This document shows positions 41,434-51,746 of a DNA stretch of 64,000 bases, one piece after another. The translations under genes were made by a program, and so were the position numbers. The notes under the pieces are model-generated. The model was not told the origin of the DNA. It did no database searches and saw only the letters and a program-made list of their open reading frames with translations. The stretch spans positions 6,996 through 70,995 of the forward strand of contig CALXTL010000007.1 in assembly GCA_944391445.1 (NCBI GenBank), read 5' to 3'. Position 1 is the first letter of the stretch. Each line of letters starts with the position of its first letter. This DNA is from an uncultured Alphaproteobacteria bacterium (GTDB taxonomy: Bacteria; Pseudomonadota; Alphaproteobacteria; RF32; CAG-239).

Positions 41434-42588
41434 TTAAAAAACCTTGAGTATTTTTACCTCAAAGGTATAGTTATGGGTGAGACCTTCACGCCGGATATAG
41501 GATATTTCGGCGCAGACAAAATCCCCTTCCTTAAAGGTTTTGGCCAGGTTGCGCAAAACAATAACCTGTGCCTGTTCCATGATGTTTTTGGGATCCTGAT
41601 TGGTCGGTGCAAAGTAAGGTATGCCTTTTTTAATTGGCACCTTGTAATTGTACCCGAGCCAATATCCGCCGGCGCGATAGCATGAACCTTGGGCGAGTGC
41701 CGTATTGAAAACAGCATCATTGCGGAATTTGTTTTTGCCGCTCTTTTTGCCCAGATCTTCCGTCTGGATATCAGGAGCTTTTTCTTCGGCAAGAGAGCTT
41801 TTTTCATCACCGCGAATCAGCTCTGCCGAAGGGCGGTTTCCTTGCGAGATGAAGACAACACGCACCAGAGCCCGCGCCCATCCTTTGGGGAAGCTGACAT
41901 TCAGATCGCCCACCTGACCATCCGGAAACTGCACTTCTTTTCCGCTTCTGCCATAGGGCGTTACCGAATAAATTCTGCCAAGCTCGACCTTGCCGTATTT
42001 TTTGCGTGATCCCTTGGCAAAAACTTCTGCTACTTTTTCCTTGCTCCAAGGCGATAAAATGTCCGCTTCTGCCGGCTGAACTTTCTCTTTGGCGGCAGGT
42101 TCCGTTACTTTTGCTAAAGTTGTCGGAGCCAGTTTGTCAACGAGATAGTATTGCTCTTTTTTCGTCAAACCGGAGGCAACAACTTTGTCCCCGTCTTTGA
42201 GCTTTTGCAATCCCGGTGTCATTTCTAAACGGTAAATACCATATGTTTCGGGAAGCGCATCAAACGCAATGACAATCTCCCGCGGACCGACAAAACACAC
42301 CGTTGCATTCTGCGGTACTTTATCAAACAAAAATCCCGGCATAAATTCAAAAATCGGCATTTTGTCTTTTTTGGCACAAACCCTAAGCTGAACCAGGCTG
42401 CCTTCTTCCAAAGTATTCGGAATTTCGCCGGTAATATCTCCAAAGCAGCCGCCGGTTGTTTTGACTTTGGCGCCGCCTTCATACAAGGTTACAATGCTGC
42501 CGCTGACAACATCGCCGATCTTAAACAGATCAAACATCTTCTGAATGTTTTCAAGATTTTTCATTTTTATAATTTTTAAGTTCAACAA
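41434..42588 (-). CDS. Hypothetical protein with S1/OB-fold-like beta repeats
   Basis: KIGDVVSGSIVTLYEGGAKV...LEEGSLVQLRV resembles S1; start may be a later Met. Confidence 0.55.
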   Translation of the reverse strand: MLNLKIIKMKNLENIQKMFDLFKIGDVVSGSIVTLYEGGAKVKTTGGCFGDITGEIPNTLEEGSLVQLRVCAKKDKMPIFEFMPGFLFDKVPQNATVCFVGPREIVIAFDALPETYGIYRLEMTPGLQKLKDGDKVVASGLTKKEQYYLVDKLAPTTLAKVTEPAAKEKVQPAEADILSPWSKEKVAEVFAKGSRKKYGKVELGRIYSVTPYGRSGKEVQFPDGQVGDLNVSFPKGWARALVRVVFISQGNRPSAELIRGDEKSSLAEEKAPDIQTEDLGKKSGKNKFRNDAVFNTALAQGSCYRAGGYWLGYNYKVPIKKGIPYFAPTNQDPKNIMEQAQVIVLRNLAKTFKEGDFVCAEISYIRREGLTHNYTFEVKILKVF

Positions 42589-42689
42589 TAATATAATATA
42601 CTTAAGATACTGCGTGGAAGGTTTATATCATACTCCGGCGCACAAATCAAGAATATTTTAGACAAAAATTTCCGATAATCTTTCAGACA

Positions 42690-43829
42690 TTATTCTTCAT
42701 AAACGGCGCTGCCAAACGGTACTTCCTTGCCAATGCCTTTGGCCAGCACATTCATCCGCACGAAGCCCATTTCGCCGTTATCAATCAGAATCCTTGCCCA
42801 GACATTATCCGGACTATAACCGGTCAGGCGCACGGTGGTGCGAGCCGGCAGATTTTTGAGCAAGTCAAACTCATCTGACGGACCATACATGACTGCCGCA
42901 TCACGCTGCAAATGATACAGTCGGCTGAGGTCTGATTTATTAACCGGGATGTTATGGATTTTACCAACAACAACATCATCAACTGTCTGACGATTGTAAC
43001 CGGTGTTGACTTCCTGATAATAGGCAATTTCCCGACCGCTGCCCCACCAGTTCGGCAATTTCTTTTTCAGGTACATTTCCGTGCCAAGTCCCAATACAGC
43101 CGCCAACAGAACTGCAACGGGAAAAATAAGCTGCACCAATCGGAGGGGCCGCAAATTCCACGGTTTCAACCGGGAAATACGAATGTTGGCCGCAGAAATG
43201 AAGCGTTCCAGATACAATCTTTCGCTCTCGTCTGCAAATTCCAAAGCGGCAACGGCTGAAGCAACCGCCGCCGGCATATTGTCTTCTTTCTGATAGGCGA
43301 TGATATTGTGAATCAAAATACGAAAGCTTTCTGCGGCCGAAAAAGATTCTTTATAATTGCGGCGCAGCGCACGGATGTTTTCTATAAAAGCCCGCGGGTG
43401 CCACCAGCCGAGCAACCAATCGGCCAGAGCTGTTTTGGCCAAGACTTTAGGTGCGTTTGACTGACTCAAAATTCTAATTTCGCGGTTTTGCGTATATTTC
43501 CATATGCGGCCGCGCACATGCCAAAGAATAAACGCACGAACATCGGCATCTCCGGGCGTATCTGTATAAGGCGCCATATTTTCATATTCAGGGTAAGACG
43601 CCGCGACATAAACCATGGACAGCAGGTCGTACTGCAGACGGCTAACCTCATCTTTCAAAACATCATAGGCAACCGAAAGTTTTTGAAATCGTTCCAAGGC
43701 ATTTTCATCTTTATTATGATCGGGATGCCAAAACTTCGCCGAATCGCGATAACTCTGTTTGATCTGCTCTTCTCCTGCTTGCGGTGACAGACCCAATAAT
43801 TGATAATATCCCAAAGCATCATACTTCAT
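42690..43829 (-). CDS. J-domain membrane protein with C-terminal SH3b-like domain
   Basis: YYQLLGL...HPD J domain; TM helix; MYGPS..F..L...VRLTG...WARI...GFV. Confidence 0.8.
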   Translation of the reverse strand: MKYDALGYYQLLGLSPQAGEEQIKQSYRDSAKFWHPDHNKDENALERFQKLSVAYDVLKDEVSRLQYDLLSMVYVAASYPEYENMAPYTDTPGDADVRAFILWHVRGRIWKYTQNREIRILSQSNAPKVLAKTALADWLLGWWHPRAFIENIRALRRNYKESFSAAESFRILIHNIIAYQKEDNMPAAVASAVAALEFADESERLYLERFISAANIRISRLKPWNLRPLRLVQLIFPVAVLLAAVLGLGTEMYLKKKLPNWWGSGREIAYYQEVNTGYNRQTVDDVVVGKIHNIPVNKSDLSRLYHLQRDAAVMYGPSDEFDLLKNLPARTTVRLTGYSPDNVWARILIDNGEMGFVRMNVLAKGIGKEVPFGSAVYEE

Positions 43830-43830
43830 T

Positions 43831-45429
43831 TCAAACAAATACTCCTTGCGCCAAACCGGCTGCCGGTTCAACATCTGTTTTGACAAATGCCTGTTTCTGA
43901 TTGATGGCAATTGTTCCGATATAATCGATATTGTACAGCGCCGTTTTAAATAAATTGATAAGATGCGTGCAAAAATCCTCCGACTGGCGGCGTGAAGTGC
44001 GCACAATCATATCCAAACGCCGCTCTTTGGCCAAAGAAAATCCATCAAGTTGAAAGGCGCCAAGTTTTGAAAACTCGGTTTCAATCATAAAACGGACGCC
44101 GCCGTCTTTGCGAAGCGGTGTTTTATGCTCCGGTTCTGGATCTTTTTTGACAGCCAGCTTCAGCGGGATTAATTGTGTCCCGTCAAACAACGGAATTTCC
44201 ATCATACGCCAAGCCGGCGTTTCCCGCAGGGAAGTTATTGTCAGCTCCTGTAAATTTTGCAAAGCCGCCTGTCCCTTGACCCCGGAAGCATGCAATTGTT
44301 CCACAACCTCCGTTCCCAACCAGACTTTGGCATCGCGCGCTGACGCTCCTTTATAAAAAGCATGCAGATTGGACAATAAGCCCTGATTAAACGACGGCAA
44401 TTTTTGCATTACCGGCAAAGCCAGCTGCGGCTCCGCGCGCAAGGGTTCAAAAATTTTCAGAAGCGCGGAAACTTTTTCATTGCCGCCACGCAACAATACC
44501 GACAAGTGATGCTGATCCGTCCTTGGAAAAATATCTGCCAGCTCAGGTTGTGAAAAAATCTTGTCCAATACCTGCAACAGCGGCGGCAAAGTTTGCGTCG
44601 CACCGCTTTTGACTTCGGCAACGACAACTTCCAGCCTGGCTTCCGGCAGCAGTTTCAATGGCGTTTCAACTTTAAGCGGGCCAAGCGGAGAATCTAAAAT
44701 CTGCGCCGACTGCGGCGCAGCAGCATCGGCGGGAACCGCAATAAACCTGCTATTGACCAGATTTTGCAGTTCCGTTGTTACTTTGAGTTGTGCCGCGGCA
44801 AGCTTTGGTTCGCTGCCGGTTGGCAAAACCTCTGCCAATTTCGTCAGCGCCGTTTTCAGCGGCTGCAGCAGCGTCGGCGCATTTTCAATGCCGGAGGCCA
44901 GCGCATTGATCTTGAGCGAGATTGCCGATTCCGGCAAAAGATTTTGCACCCGGGTCTGCATCTGCTGCGAGAAACCAAGTTCCTGCATAAGCCGCGTTGT
45001 TACTTGCCGACCGGACAGAGGCTCAAGAAGCGTCCGCGGCAAATTCTTATTAATTTCTTTGACAATCGGCATTTCCGACATTGATCCGGCTGACGGTTTT
45101 GCTTCACCTTTGGGCTCCGAAAGAAATAACTGCAGCGATGTTGCTGAAACGACTTTGGCAGGCAGCGGCCGGTCTGAAACCTGATGCATCTGTGGCGGCA
45201 GCGGCGTTTGAACCTCTACCGGAAGTCTCTGCCCCTCATGCACGAGATTGAGCAGGGAAACGCTTTTATTATTGCCAGAAGCAGCAACGGCATCCAGCAA
45301 TGTCTCCAACATGACAATATCGCCAACTTTTATTCCCGCCGGCAGGCACGATACCTCAAGCACAACCGTTTTATCGGCGGCACCGGTAGCGGGCAGTATT
45401 TGCGGAAGCGGATTAATGACATTATTCAT
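43831..45429 (-). CDS. FliK-like (hook-length-control-like) hypothetical protein
   Basis: Pro/Leu-rich body; C-terminal RF.IE.EFSKLG.FQLDG....RLD; ATG overlaps the flhG end. Confidence 0.65.
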   Translation of the reverse strand: MNNVINPLPQILPATGAADKTVVLEVSCLPAGIKVGDIVMLETLLDAVAASGNNKSVSLLNLVHEGQRLPVEVQTPLPPQMHQVSDRPLPAKVVSATSLQLFLSEPKGEAKPSAGSMSEMPIVKEINKNLPRTLLEPLSGRQVTTRLMQELGFSQQMQTRVQNLLPESAISLKINALASGIENAPTLLQPLKTALTKLAEVLPTGSEPKLAAAQLKVTTELQNLVNSRFIAVPADAAAPQSAQILDSPLGPLKVETPLKLLPEARLEVVVAEVKSGATQTLPPLLQVLDKIFSQPELADIFPRTDQHHLSVLLRGGNEKVSALLKIFEPLRAEPQLALPVMQKLPSFNQGLLSNLHAFYKGASARDAKVWLGTEVVEQLHASGVKGQAALQNLQELTITSLRETPAWRMMEIPLFDGTQLIPLKLAVKKDPEPEHKTPLRKDGGVRFMIETEFSKLGAFQLDGFSLAKERRLDMIVRTSRRQSEDFCTHLINLFKTALYNIDYIGTIAINQKQAFVKTDVEPAAGLAQGVFV

Positions 45430-46228
45430 CAGCCAGCAGCCTTTTGGCAATGGCTACCACGTCTTCGGCAGCCTCCGAATTTGGATAACGCGTCAGTATC
45501 GTTGTCTGATTGCGTATAGAATCACGCACTCTTGTGTCTCTACGAATAATACCTAACAGCGGCGGATTGATTTTCAAGAAGTTGGTGCAGGCTCTGAGCA
45601 AAATATCGTATGTTCGCTGCCCTTCCCGGAGAGAATTTGCCTGATTGACTACAATGCCGATGTCACTTTGCGGATATTGCATGGTCATAATTTTAATAAA
45701 GGCATAAGCATCGGTCAGAGAAGTCGGCTCATCGGTGCAAACAACAATAATCCTTTCCGCCATGCCGGATAAAATACGCACCGGCTTTTCTACACCAGCA
45801 CCCATATCAAGAATGATTTTGTCATAATTACAGGCAATCGTACTCAGATCTTCACCCAGAATTTGCAAACGCCCAACCGGCATTGAAGCCAGTCCCGCCG
45901 ACCCCGAACGACCGGCAATCACATCAAAATGTCCTTTGTCATAACCATAAATTATCTGATTAAGGCTTTTGGCGCCGGACACAACACTGCCAAGATCATC
46001 TTTGACCATCAGCCCCAGCTGAATGTCTATATTGGCCAGGCCAAGATCTCCGTCAAACAGGAGTGTCTTTCGGCGCATCAGGCTCAAAGCATGGGCCAGC
46101 GTGATTGAAAACCAGGTTTTGCCGACACCGCCTTTGCCGGAAGCAACCGCGATCATGTTTTTACCTTTGCGCGGCGTTCGTGAACCGACGCTTTTCGGGG
46201 CTGTTTTCAATTCTTCACCGTGATCCAT
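45422..46228 (-). CDS. flhG: MinD-like ATPase FlhG/FleN
   Basis: ASGKGGVGKT, DGDLGLAN, EPTSLTDAYA.IK; follows flhF. Confidence 0.9.
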   Translation of the reverse strand: MDHGEELKTAPKSVGSRTPRKGKNMIAVASGKGGVGKTWFSITLAHALSLMRRKTLLFDGDLGLANIDIQLGLMVKDDLGSVVSGAKSLNQIIYGYDKGHFDVIAGRSGSAGLASMPVGRLQILGEDLSTIACNYDKIILDMGAGVEKPVRILSGMAERIIVVCTDEPTSLTDAYAFIKIMTMQYPQSDIGIVVNQANSLREGQRTYDILLRACTNFLKINPPLLGIIRRDTRVRDSIRNQTTILTRYPNSEAAEDVVAIAKRLLADE

Positions 46229-46244
46229 TTTTCCTCTCTTTTCT

Positions 46245-47204
46245 TCAGGAACGAGATAAAACAAGTTTGGCCAAAGCGGCAGCATCCATTTCTGCCAGGC
46301 CTTTGGCTATTGATGCACTGACACCGGCCGCAGACAAGCTCATCCCGCAACAGTCGGCAATACTCAATATGCTGCCGATACGCCGGGTCAGATCCAGGCG
46401 GGTGGGCAACAGGCAGGTTGTGCCAAGGCGGCCAAAAACTTCCGCGGCCTCAACGGCTTCATCGACATTGCGACCGGCGTCGAAGGTCAAAATCTTTTCA
46501 CATTTCAGGCTGTCCGAAAAAGGAATGACTTTTTCCAACTCAGACTCAATAAAAGGGTTTATTCCCGGTGTATCTACCAGGATACAGCCATAATCTCCAG
46601 TATGATTTTTGATATAGCGAAACAGTTCGCGCGGTTCTTTGCAAAATACAAAATCAACCTCCAAAATGCCGGCAAAAGCCTCCAACTGTTTGTTGGCGCC
46701 GGCACGCACGTTGTCGGTGCTGACAATGGCTGTTCGGATTTTTTTGAACTTAGCCTGCGTGGCCATCTTGGCTATGGCGGTCGATTTTCCGGAACCGGGC
46801 GTTCCCATAAACATTTTGATGTTTTCTCCGGCTGTAAACACCGGTTTGAAACGAAACGTCCGGCGCAATGCTTCTTTCAGCACAAACATATCGTCCGCCC
46901 GGCCATATTGCCGGTTGACTTCGCGACAGGCCGAAAGAATGTGATAGCGGACCATATCCAAAACATTATGATATTCCAACGCTTCACGCAGCGATGTTTC
47001 ATCAAAAAACGCTTTGGTGTCAATTTCGCGGATAGTTTCATCTTCGGCAAAATCAAAATCTTCTTTTTCATCCACTGCTACCGTCAGATACAGGTAACCG
47101 TCCCGGGACTCGTTGGCAAGGATCACCGCATCCTCACCCAGTTCGGCCTTGATCTGCGCCAAAGCTTCCGGCATGGTTCGAGCAACGACGTTTTTGATTT
47201 TCAT
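46245..47204 (-). CDS. flhF: SRP-type GTPase FlhF
   Basis: MPEALAQIKAELGEDAVIL, GTPGSGKS, DTPG, TRLD. Confidence 0.88.
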   Translation of the reverse strand: MKIKNVVARTMPEALAQIKAELGEDAVILANESRDGYLYLTVAVDEKEDFDFAEDETIREIDTKAFFDETSLREALEYHNVLDMVRYHILSACREVNRQYGRADDMFVLKEALRRTFRFKPVFTAGENIKMFMGTPGSGKSTAIAKMATQAKFKKIRTAIVSTDNVRAGANKQLEAFAGILEVDFVFCKEPRELFRYIKNHTGDYGCILVDTPGINPFIESELEKVIPFSDSLKCEKILTFDAGRNVDEAVEAAEVFGRLGTTCLLPTRLDLTRRIGSILSIADCCGMSLSAAGVSASIAKGLAEMDAAALAKLVLSRS

Positions 47205-47207
47205 CGG

Positions 47208-49322
47208 TTAGATCTGTCCTATGGTTTTGATCTTGGCCTTAGGGTGAATTTCGTTTTGCGACATAACCACCGTCAACGGCCGGAAGCGCTCGATGATTGA
47301 GCGGACAAACGGCCGGACCGACGGACTGGTCAGAATGACGCCGCTTTCCCCTTTGACGGCAAGCTCTTCGGTCACGGTGCGAACTTTGTTGATAAAACCC
47401 TGCAAAGTGCTTGGCGCCATGGCCAGCTGACGTTCATCACCCTCGCCGACAATCGCCTCAGCAAAAGCTTTTTCCCACTCGGCCGACAGCGTAATCAACG
47501 GGATAACGCCAAATTCATTGGCATAAGCGTTGGACAACTGGCGGCTTAATCTGGCACGGACATGTTCGGTAATCATCATCAGACTGCGGGTCGTACCGAC
47601 CGCCTCGGAAACACCTTCCAAAATAGTGGGCAAATCCCGGATGGAAACCCGCTCCTGCAACAGATTCTGCAAAACACGCTGCAACGCGCCAAGGCTGATT
47701 TTGCTGGGGATGAGTTCCTTGATAAGCTTCTGATGCTCTTTGTCGAGCTCATCAAGCAACTTCTGCGTCTCGGCATAGGAAAGCAATTCGGGCATGTTGT
47801 CTTTGACTAACTCCGTAATGTGCGTGGTGACAACCGTGGCCGGGTCTACAACCGTATAACCGCGGAACATTGCTTCTTCACGATATGAAGGATCAACCCA
47901 CATGGCTTTGAGGCCGAATGTCGGCTCAAAAGTCTGCTCACCGGGCAAGGTGATCGGCTCGCCGCGCGGATCCATCACCAGCAGCTGCGTCGGTCTCAGT
48001 TCGCCTTTGCCGGATTTGACCTCTTTAATATATATGTTATATTCGTTGGCTTCCAACTGCATATTATCCTGAATGCGGATAGAGGGCATGACAAAACCGA
48101 GCTCCGAAGCCAAAGCACGACGCAGTGCCTTGATTTGATCCGTCAGCTTGCGGTTGGTTTCCTCATTAATCAACGGTAACAAACCGTAGCCTATTTCCAA
48201 GCGGATCAGATCAACACGCAACGCATTGGCAATCGGTTCATCGGCCGCTTTGCTGAGTTTACCCTGTTTTTGCTCCTGCTCGAGAATTGCCTGCGCCTGG
48301 GCCTGCATTTCTTTTTGTCGTTTATCCAGATAATACGCTGTGCTTCCTGTCAATGTGGCCAAAACTAAAAACGGAAAAAACGGCGTACCGGGAATGATGC
48401 CGAGCGCTACCGACAAAAAGGCGCTCATTCCCAACGCCTTAGGATAATTAGCCAGTTGATCAAACAAAACTTTGTCGGCCGAATCGGTCATGCCCGCTTT
48501 GGAAACAAGGATACCGGCCGCCACCGACACAATCAACGCCGGAACTTGCGAGACCAAACCGTCACCCACAGTCAGGCGCGTGTAGGTTTCTCCGGCGGCG
48601 GCAAAGGTCATGTCATTTTGCACCATACCGATGATGATGCCGGCAATGATATTGATAAACGTAATCAGCAGCCCCGCAATGGCATCACCGCGCACAAATT
48701 TTGAGGCACCATCCATCGCTCCATAAAAGGCACTTTCTTTGCTCAGATCCTCACGTCGCTTTTTGGCTTCGTCTTCATTGATTAAGCCCGATGACAGGTC
48801 TGCATCAATAGCCATCTGTTTGCCGGGCATGGCGTCCAATGCAAAACGGGCGGCAACTTCGGCAATACGCCCCGAACCTTTGGTAATAACCACAAAATTG
48901 ACTAAAACCAAAATGGCAAAAACAATCACGCCGATAACAAAATTATTGCCCATGATGAAACCGCCGAAAGCCTCAATGACTTCGCCGGCGGCATCCGGCC
49001 CCATATACCCGCGTGCCAAGATCAAACGAGTTGATGCCAAATTCAGCGACAAGCGATACATCGTGGTAATCAGCAAAACCAGCGGGAAAGCGCTGAACTC
49101 TATCGGCTTTTCGATAAAAATGGCCATCATCAGCACCACACAGGACATTGTAATTGAAAATGCCAACGCAATATCCAGCAGCCAAGCCGGCATCGGCATA
49201 ATCAGGATGACCAGCATCAAAATAATGGCCAGCGCAAAAGCAATATCGCCGCGCTTGGCCGGGCCGATAAACATCGACCGGATTGTTTCGCCAAAAGATT
49301 TTTGAAGCTGAGGTGTGGCCAT
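47208..49322 (-). CDS. flhA: Flagellar export gate protein FlhA
   Basis: RIAEVAARFALDAMPGKQMAIDADL, FYGAMDGASKFVRGDA. Confidence 0.97.
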   Translation of the reverse strand: MATPQLQKSFGETIRSMFIGPAKRGDIAFALAIILMLVILIMPMPAWLLDIALAFSITMSCVVLMMAIFIEKPIEFSAFPLVLLITTMYRLSLNLASTRLILARGYMGPDAAGEVIEAFGGFIMGNNFVIGVIVFAILVLVNFVVITKGSGRIAEVAARFALDAMPGKQMAIDADLSSGLINEDEAKKRREDLSKESAFYGAMDGASKFVRGDAIAGLLITFINIIAGIIIGMVQNDMTFAAAGETYTRLTVGDGLVSQVPALIVSVAAGILVSKAGMTDSADKVLFDQLANYPKALGMSAFLSVALGIIPGTPFFPFLVLATLTGSTAYYLDKRQKEMQAQAQAILEQEQKQGKLSKAADEPIANALRVDLIRLEIGYGLLPLINEETNRKLTDQIKALRRALASELGFVMPSIRIQDNMQLEANEYNIYIKEVKSGKGELRPTQLLVMDPRGEPITLPGEQTFEPTFGLKAMWVDPSYREEAMFRGYTVVDPATVVTTHITELVKDNMPELLSYAETQKLLDELDKEHQKLIKELIPSKISLGALQRVLQNLLQERVSIRDLPTILEGVSEAVGTTRSLMMITEHVRARLSRQLSNAYANEFGVIPLITLSAEWEKAFAEAIVGEGDERQLAMAPSTLQGFINKVRTVTEELAVKGESGVILTSPSVRPFVRSIIERFRPLTVVMSQNEIHPKAKIKTIGQI

Positions 49323-49328
49323 TGGTTA

Positions 49329-50636
49329 TTATTGTCCTTGCGGCGATGCAGGAAAGTCGAAACCTTCCTCCTGATATTGTTTAAGTTTGTTGCGCAACGT
49401 GCGAATCGATATTCCCAAAATATTGGCGGCAGTCGTCCGATTGCCCATTGTGTGCCGGAGAGTATCAATGATCAGCTTGCGCTCCATGCCGGCAACTGTC
49501 TGCCCGACGCTTATCTCTTCCGTCACGGATGCAGCCTCCGGAGCCTGAAGCATAACCGCACCGGCGCCAATTTCATCCCCCGTGCTCAACAATACCGCAC
49601 GATGCATTGTGTTTTCAAGCTCACGCACATTTCCCGGCCACGGATAACGCAGCAGCAACGCTGCGGCCTCCCCGCTCAGGTCTTTCATCGGAAGCTCGTT
49701 GAGTTCGGAATATTTTTTGATGAAATGTTTGGCCAAAACCAAAATGTCGTCCGGCCGATCCTTCAAATCCGGAATATGCAGACTGATAACATTCAGACGA
49801 TAGTATAAATCCTGCCGGAAAGTACCATTGCGCACGGCTTCTTCCAAATTGCGGTTGGATGTGGCTATAATCCGGGTATTTACCTTTATCGGCGCCTTTC
49901 CGCCGATGCGGTCAATCTCTTTTTCCTGAATGGCGCGCAAAAGTTTGGCCTGAATGCCGATATCCATTTCGGAAATTTCATCCAGCAGCAACGTGCCGTC
50001 ATTTGCTTCTTCAAATTTACCAATACGGCGCGCAACAGCACCGGTAAATGCTCCTTTCTCATATCCAAACAATTCGGATTCAAGCAACGTTTCGGGAATA
50101 GCCGCACAGTTAACCGCCACAAACTTTTTGTTGGCCCGCTTGGAATTATCATGAATAAAACGTGAGAAAATTTCTTTACCCGTTCCTGATGAGCCGGTTA
50201 ACAAAACGCTGGCTTCAGAGGGCGCTATCTGCTTGGCAATTTTGAGAATTTCTTCCGTTTTTTTATCACCATATATCAGGGCATGATTTTCTCTGGTTGC
50301 CGCGGCTAATACTGCGCCAATCAATTCCGGATCGGGAGGCAGAGGGATGTACTCCTTGGCTCCGGCTTTGATGGCTTTGACAGCCAGACTTGTGTCATTA
50401 GCCACGCCGCAGGCAACAACCAAAACATTGATGCGCTCCTGCTCGAGAGAGGAAATAAATTTGTGAATGTCGAGTTTGACGTCGATCATAACCAGCTCAA
50501 CCGTTTTGCCCGAACGCAAAACGTCAAGTGCCTTTTCTACCGTGGCGGCTAAAGAAACCTGTCCGCCCTGGGCAATAGCAATTTTGCTCGCGGCTCCGAT
50601 CTGCCCGTCTAATGTTCCGACAATCAGTAATTCCAT
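49329..50636 (-). CDS. flbD: Sigma54-dependent flagellar activator FlbD
   Basis: Atypical receiver (LIVGTLDGQ); ESELFG.EKGAFTGA; Fis HTH (ISIRTLRNKL). Confidence 0.9.
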   Translation of the reverse strand: MELLIVGTLDGQIGAASKIAIAQGGQVSLAATVEKALDVLRSGKTVELVMIDVKLDIHKFISSLEQERINVLVVACGVANDTSLAVKAIKAGAKEYIPLPPDPELIGAVLAAATRENHALIYGDKKTEEILKIAKQIAPSEASVLLTGSSGTGKEIFSRFIHDNSKRANKKFVAVNCAAIPETLLESELFGYEKGAFTGAVARRIGKFEEANDGTLLLDEISEMDIGIQAKLLRAIQEKEIDRIGGKAPIKVNTRIIATSNRNLEEAVRNGTFRQDLYYRLNVISLHIPDLKDRPDDILVLAKHFIKKYSELNELPMKDLSGEAAALLLRYPWPGNVRELENTMHRAVLLSTGDEIGAGAVMLQAPEAASVTEEISVGQTVAGMERKLIIDTLRHTMGNRTTAANILGISIRTLRNKLKQYQEEGFDFPASPQGQ

Positions 50637-50654
50637 AACGTTGTTCTTTCAAAA

Positions 50655-51011
50655 CTACTTAGACGCCGATTTGACAATTTCCGTCATGGTGATGCCCAGC
50701 TTGTCGTCCACCACGACGACTTCGCCGCGCGCCACAAGGTTATTGTTGACATAAATATCTATCGCCTCACCAACCTTGCGGTCCAATTCGATGATCGCCC
50801 CTTTATTAAGCTTCATCAACTGGCTTACCTTCATCTGCGTCTTGCCCAAAACAGCGGAAACTTTTACCGGAATATTATAAACCGCTTCCAAATCACTGGT
50901 CGAAGTCGGAATATCAAAGTCATCCATACCGTTGTCACTTTTGAGAATCGGCTCGTCGTTTAAGGCCGCACTCTCATCCATTTCATCAAGTTCCAAATTT
51001 TTATTTTCCAT
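50655..51011 (-). CDS. fliN: Flagellar C-ring protein FliN
   Basis: IPVKVSAVLG, ELDRKVGE, LVARGEVVVV. Confidence 0.94.
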   Translation of the reverse strand: MENKNLELDEMDESAALNDEPILKSDNGMDDFDIPTSTSDLEAVYNIPVKVSAVLGKTQMKVSQLMKLNKGAIIELDRKVGEAIDIYVNNNLVARGEVVVVDDKLGITMTEIVKSASK

Positions 51012-51023
51012 TGTCCCTCTCTT

Positions 51024-51734
51024 TTAGTTTTGCAACAAGTCTTCTACCCGCGACAGCGTTTGCTCCATATTTCTTTCCACACCGCCGTTGTTCCATTCTA
51101 TCTTGCAATCCGAAAGGCCGAGATTCTCGTCCTTGTGTACGGCTATTCTGCCCGAAAAATCGTTTTTCTCCGCCAAACGCGAAATCTTTGGCGCAATTTT
51201 GCTCACCATATCAGGGTGAAAGCGAAATGACAAGATGCCCTCCTTGGCAAAGTTTTTAAAATTGTCGCTGATAAAAGCTTCAACTTCCTTCAACGCCACT
51301 TCTTCTTCCAGGCTCGGCAACAACTTTCTGACCAGCGACACGGCAAAACGCAACAGACTTTGCTCCTGTTCGGCCGTCTGCGCGCCTACCTCGGACAAAA
51401 TTGTCATCAGCCGGTTGTTGATGCTGTCCAAAAGCAGATTTTCCGCCTTTTCTTTTTCAGAAATCGCCGTGTTGTACCCGCGCTCATATCCCTTTTCTTC
51501 TGCAAGATGTTCGGCAGCCTCCAGCTCTTCCCTCGAATACAAAACTTCCGGAGGTGCCGGCGCAACCGGCTCTTCAACAACAGGCTCTTCAACCACAGGC
51601 TCTGCTGATTTTTCCTCCTCCAGTTCGGCCTCGGCTTCCGGTTCATCGGAAACAGGCTCGGCTTCCGGCTCTTCCTGCGGCCGCTCCGCGCTGATGACAA
51701 AATTGTCAAACATATATTTCCGATATTCCGCCAA
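51024..51734 (-). CDS. fliH: Flagellar assembly protein FliH
   Basis: KYMFD, KGYERG, DCKIEW.NGG.ER; between fliG and fliN. Confidence 0.85.
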   Translation of the reverse strand: MAEYRKYMFDNFVISAERPQEEPEAEPVSDEPEAEAELEEEKSAEPVVEEPVVEEPVAPAPPEVLYSREELEAAEHLAEEKGYERGYNTAISEKEKAENLLLDSINNRLMTILSEVGAQTAEQEQSLLRFAVSLVRKLLPSLEEEVALKEVEAFISDNFKNFAKEGILSFRFHPDMVSKIAPKISRLAEKNDFSGRIAVHKDENLGLSDCKIEWNNGGVERNMEQTLSRVEDLLQN

Positions 51735-51746
51735 AATTCCGCCTCA

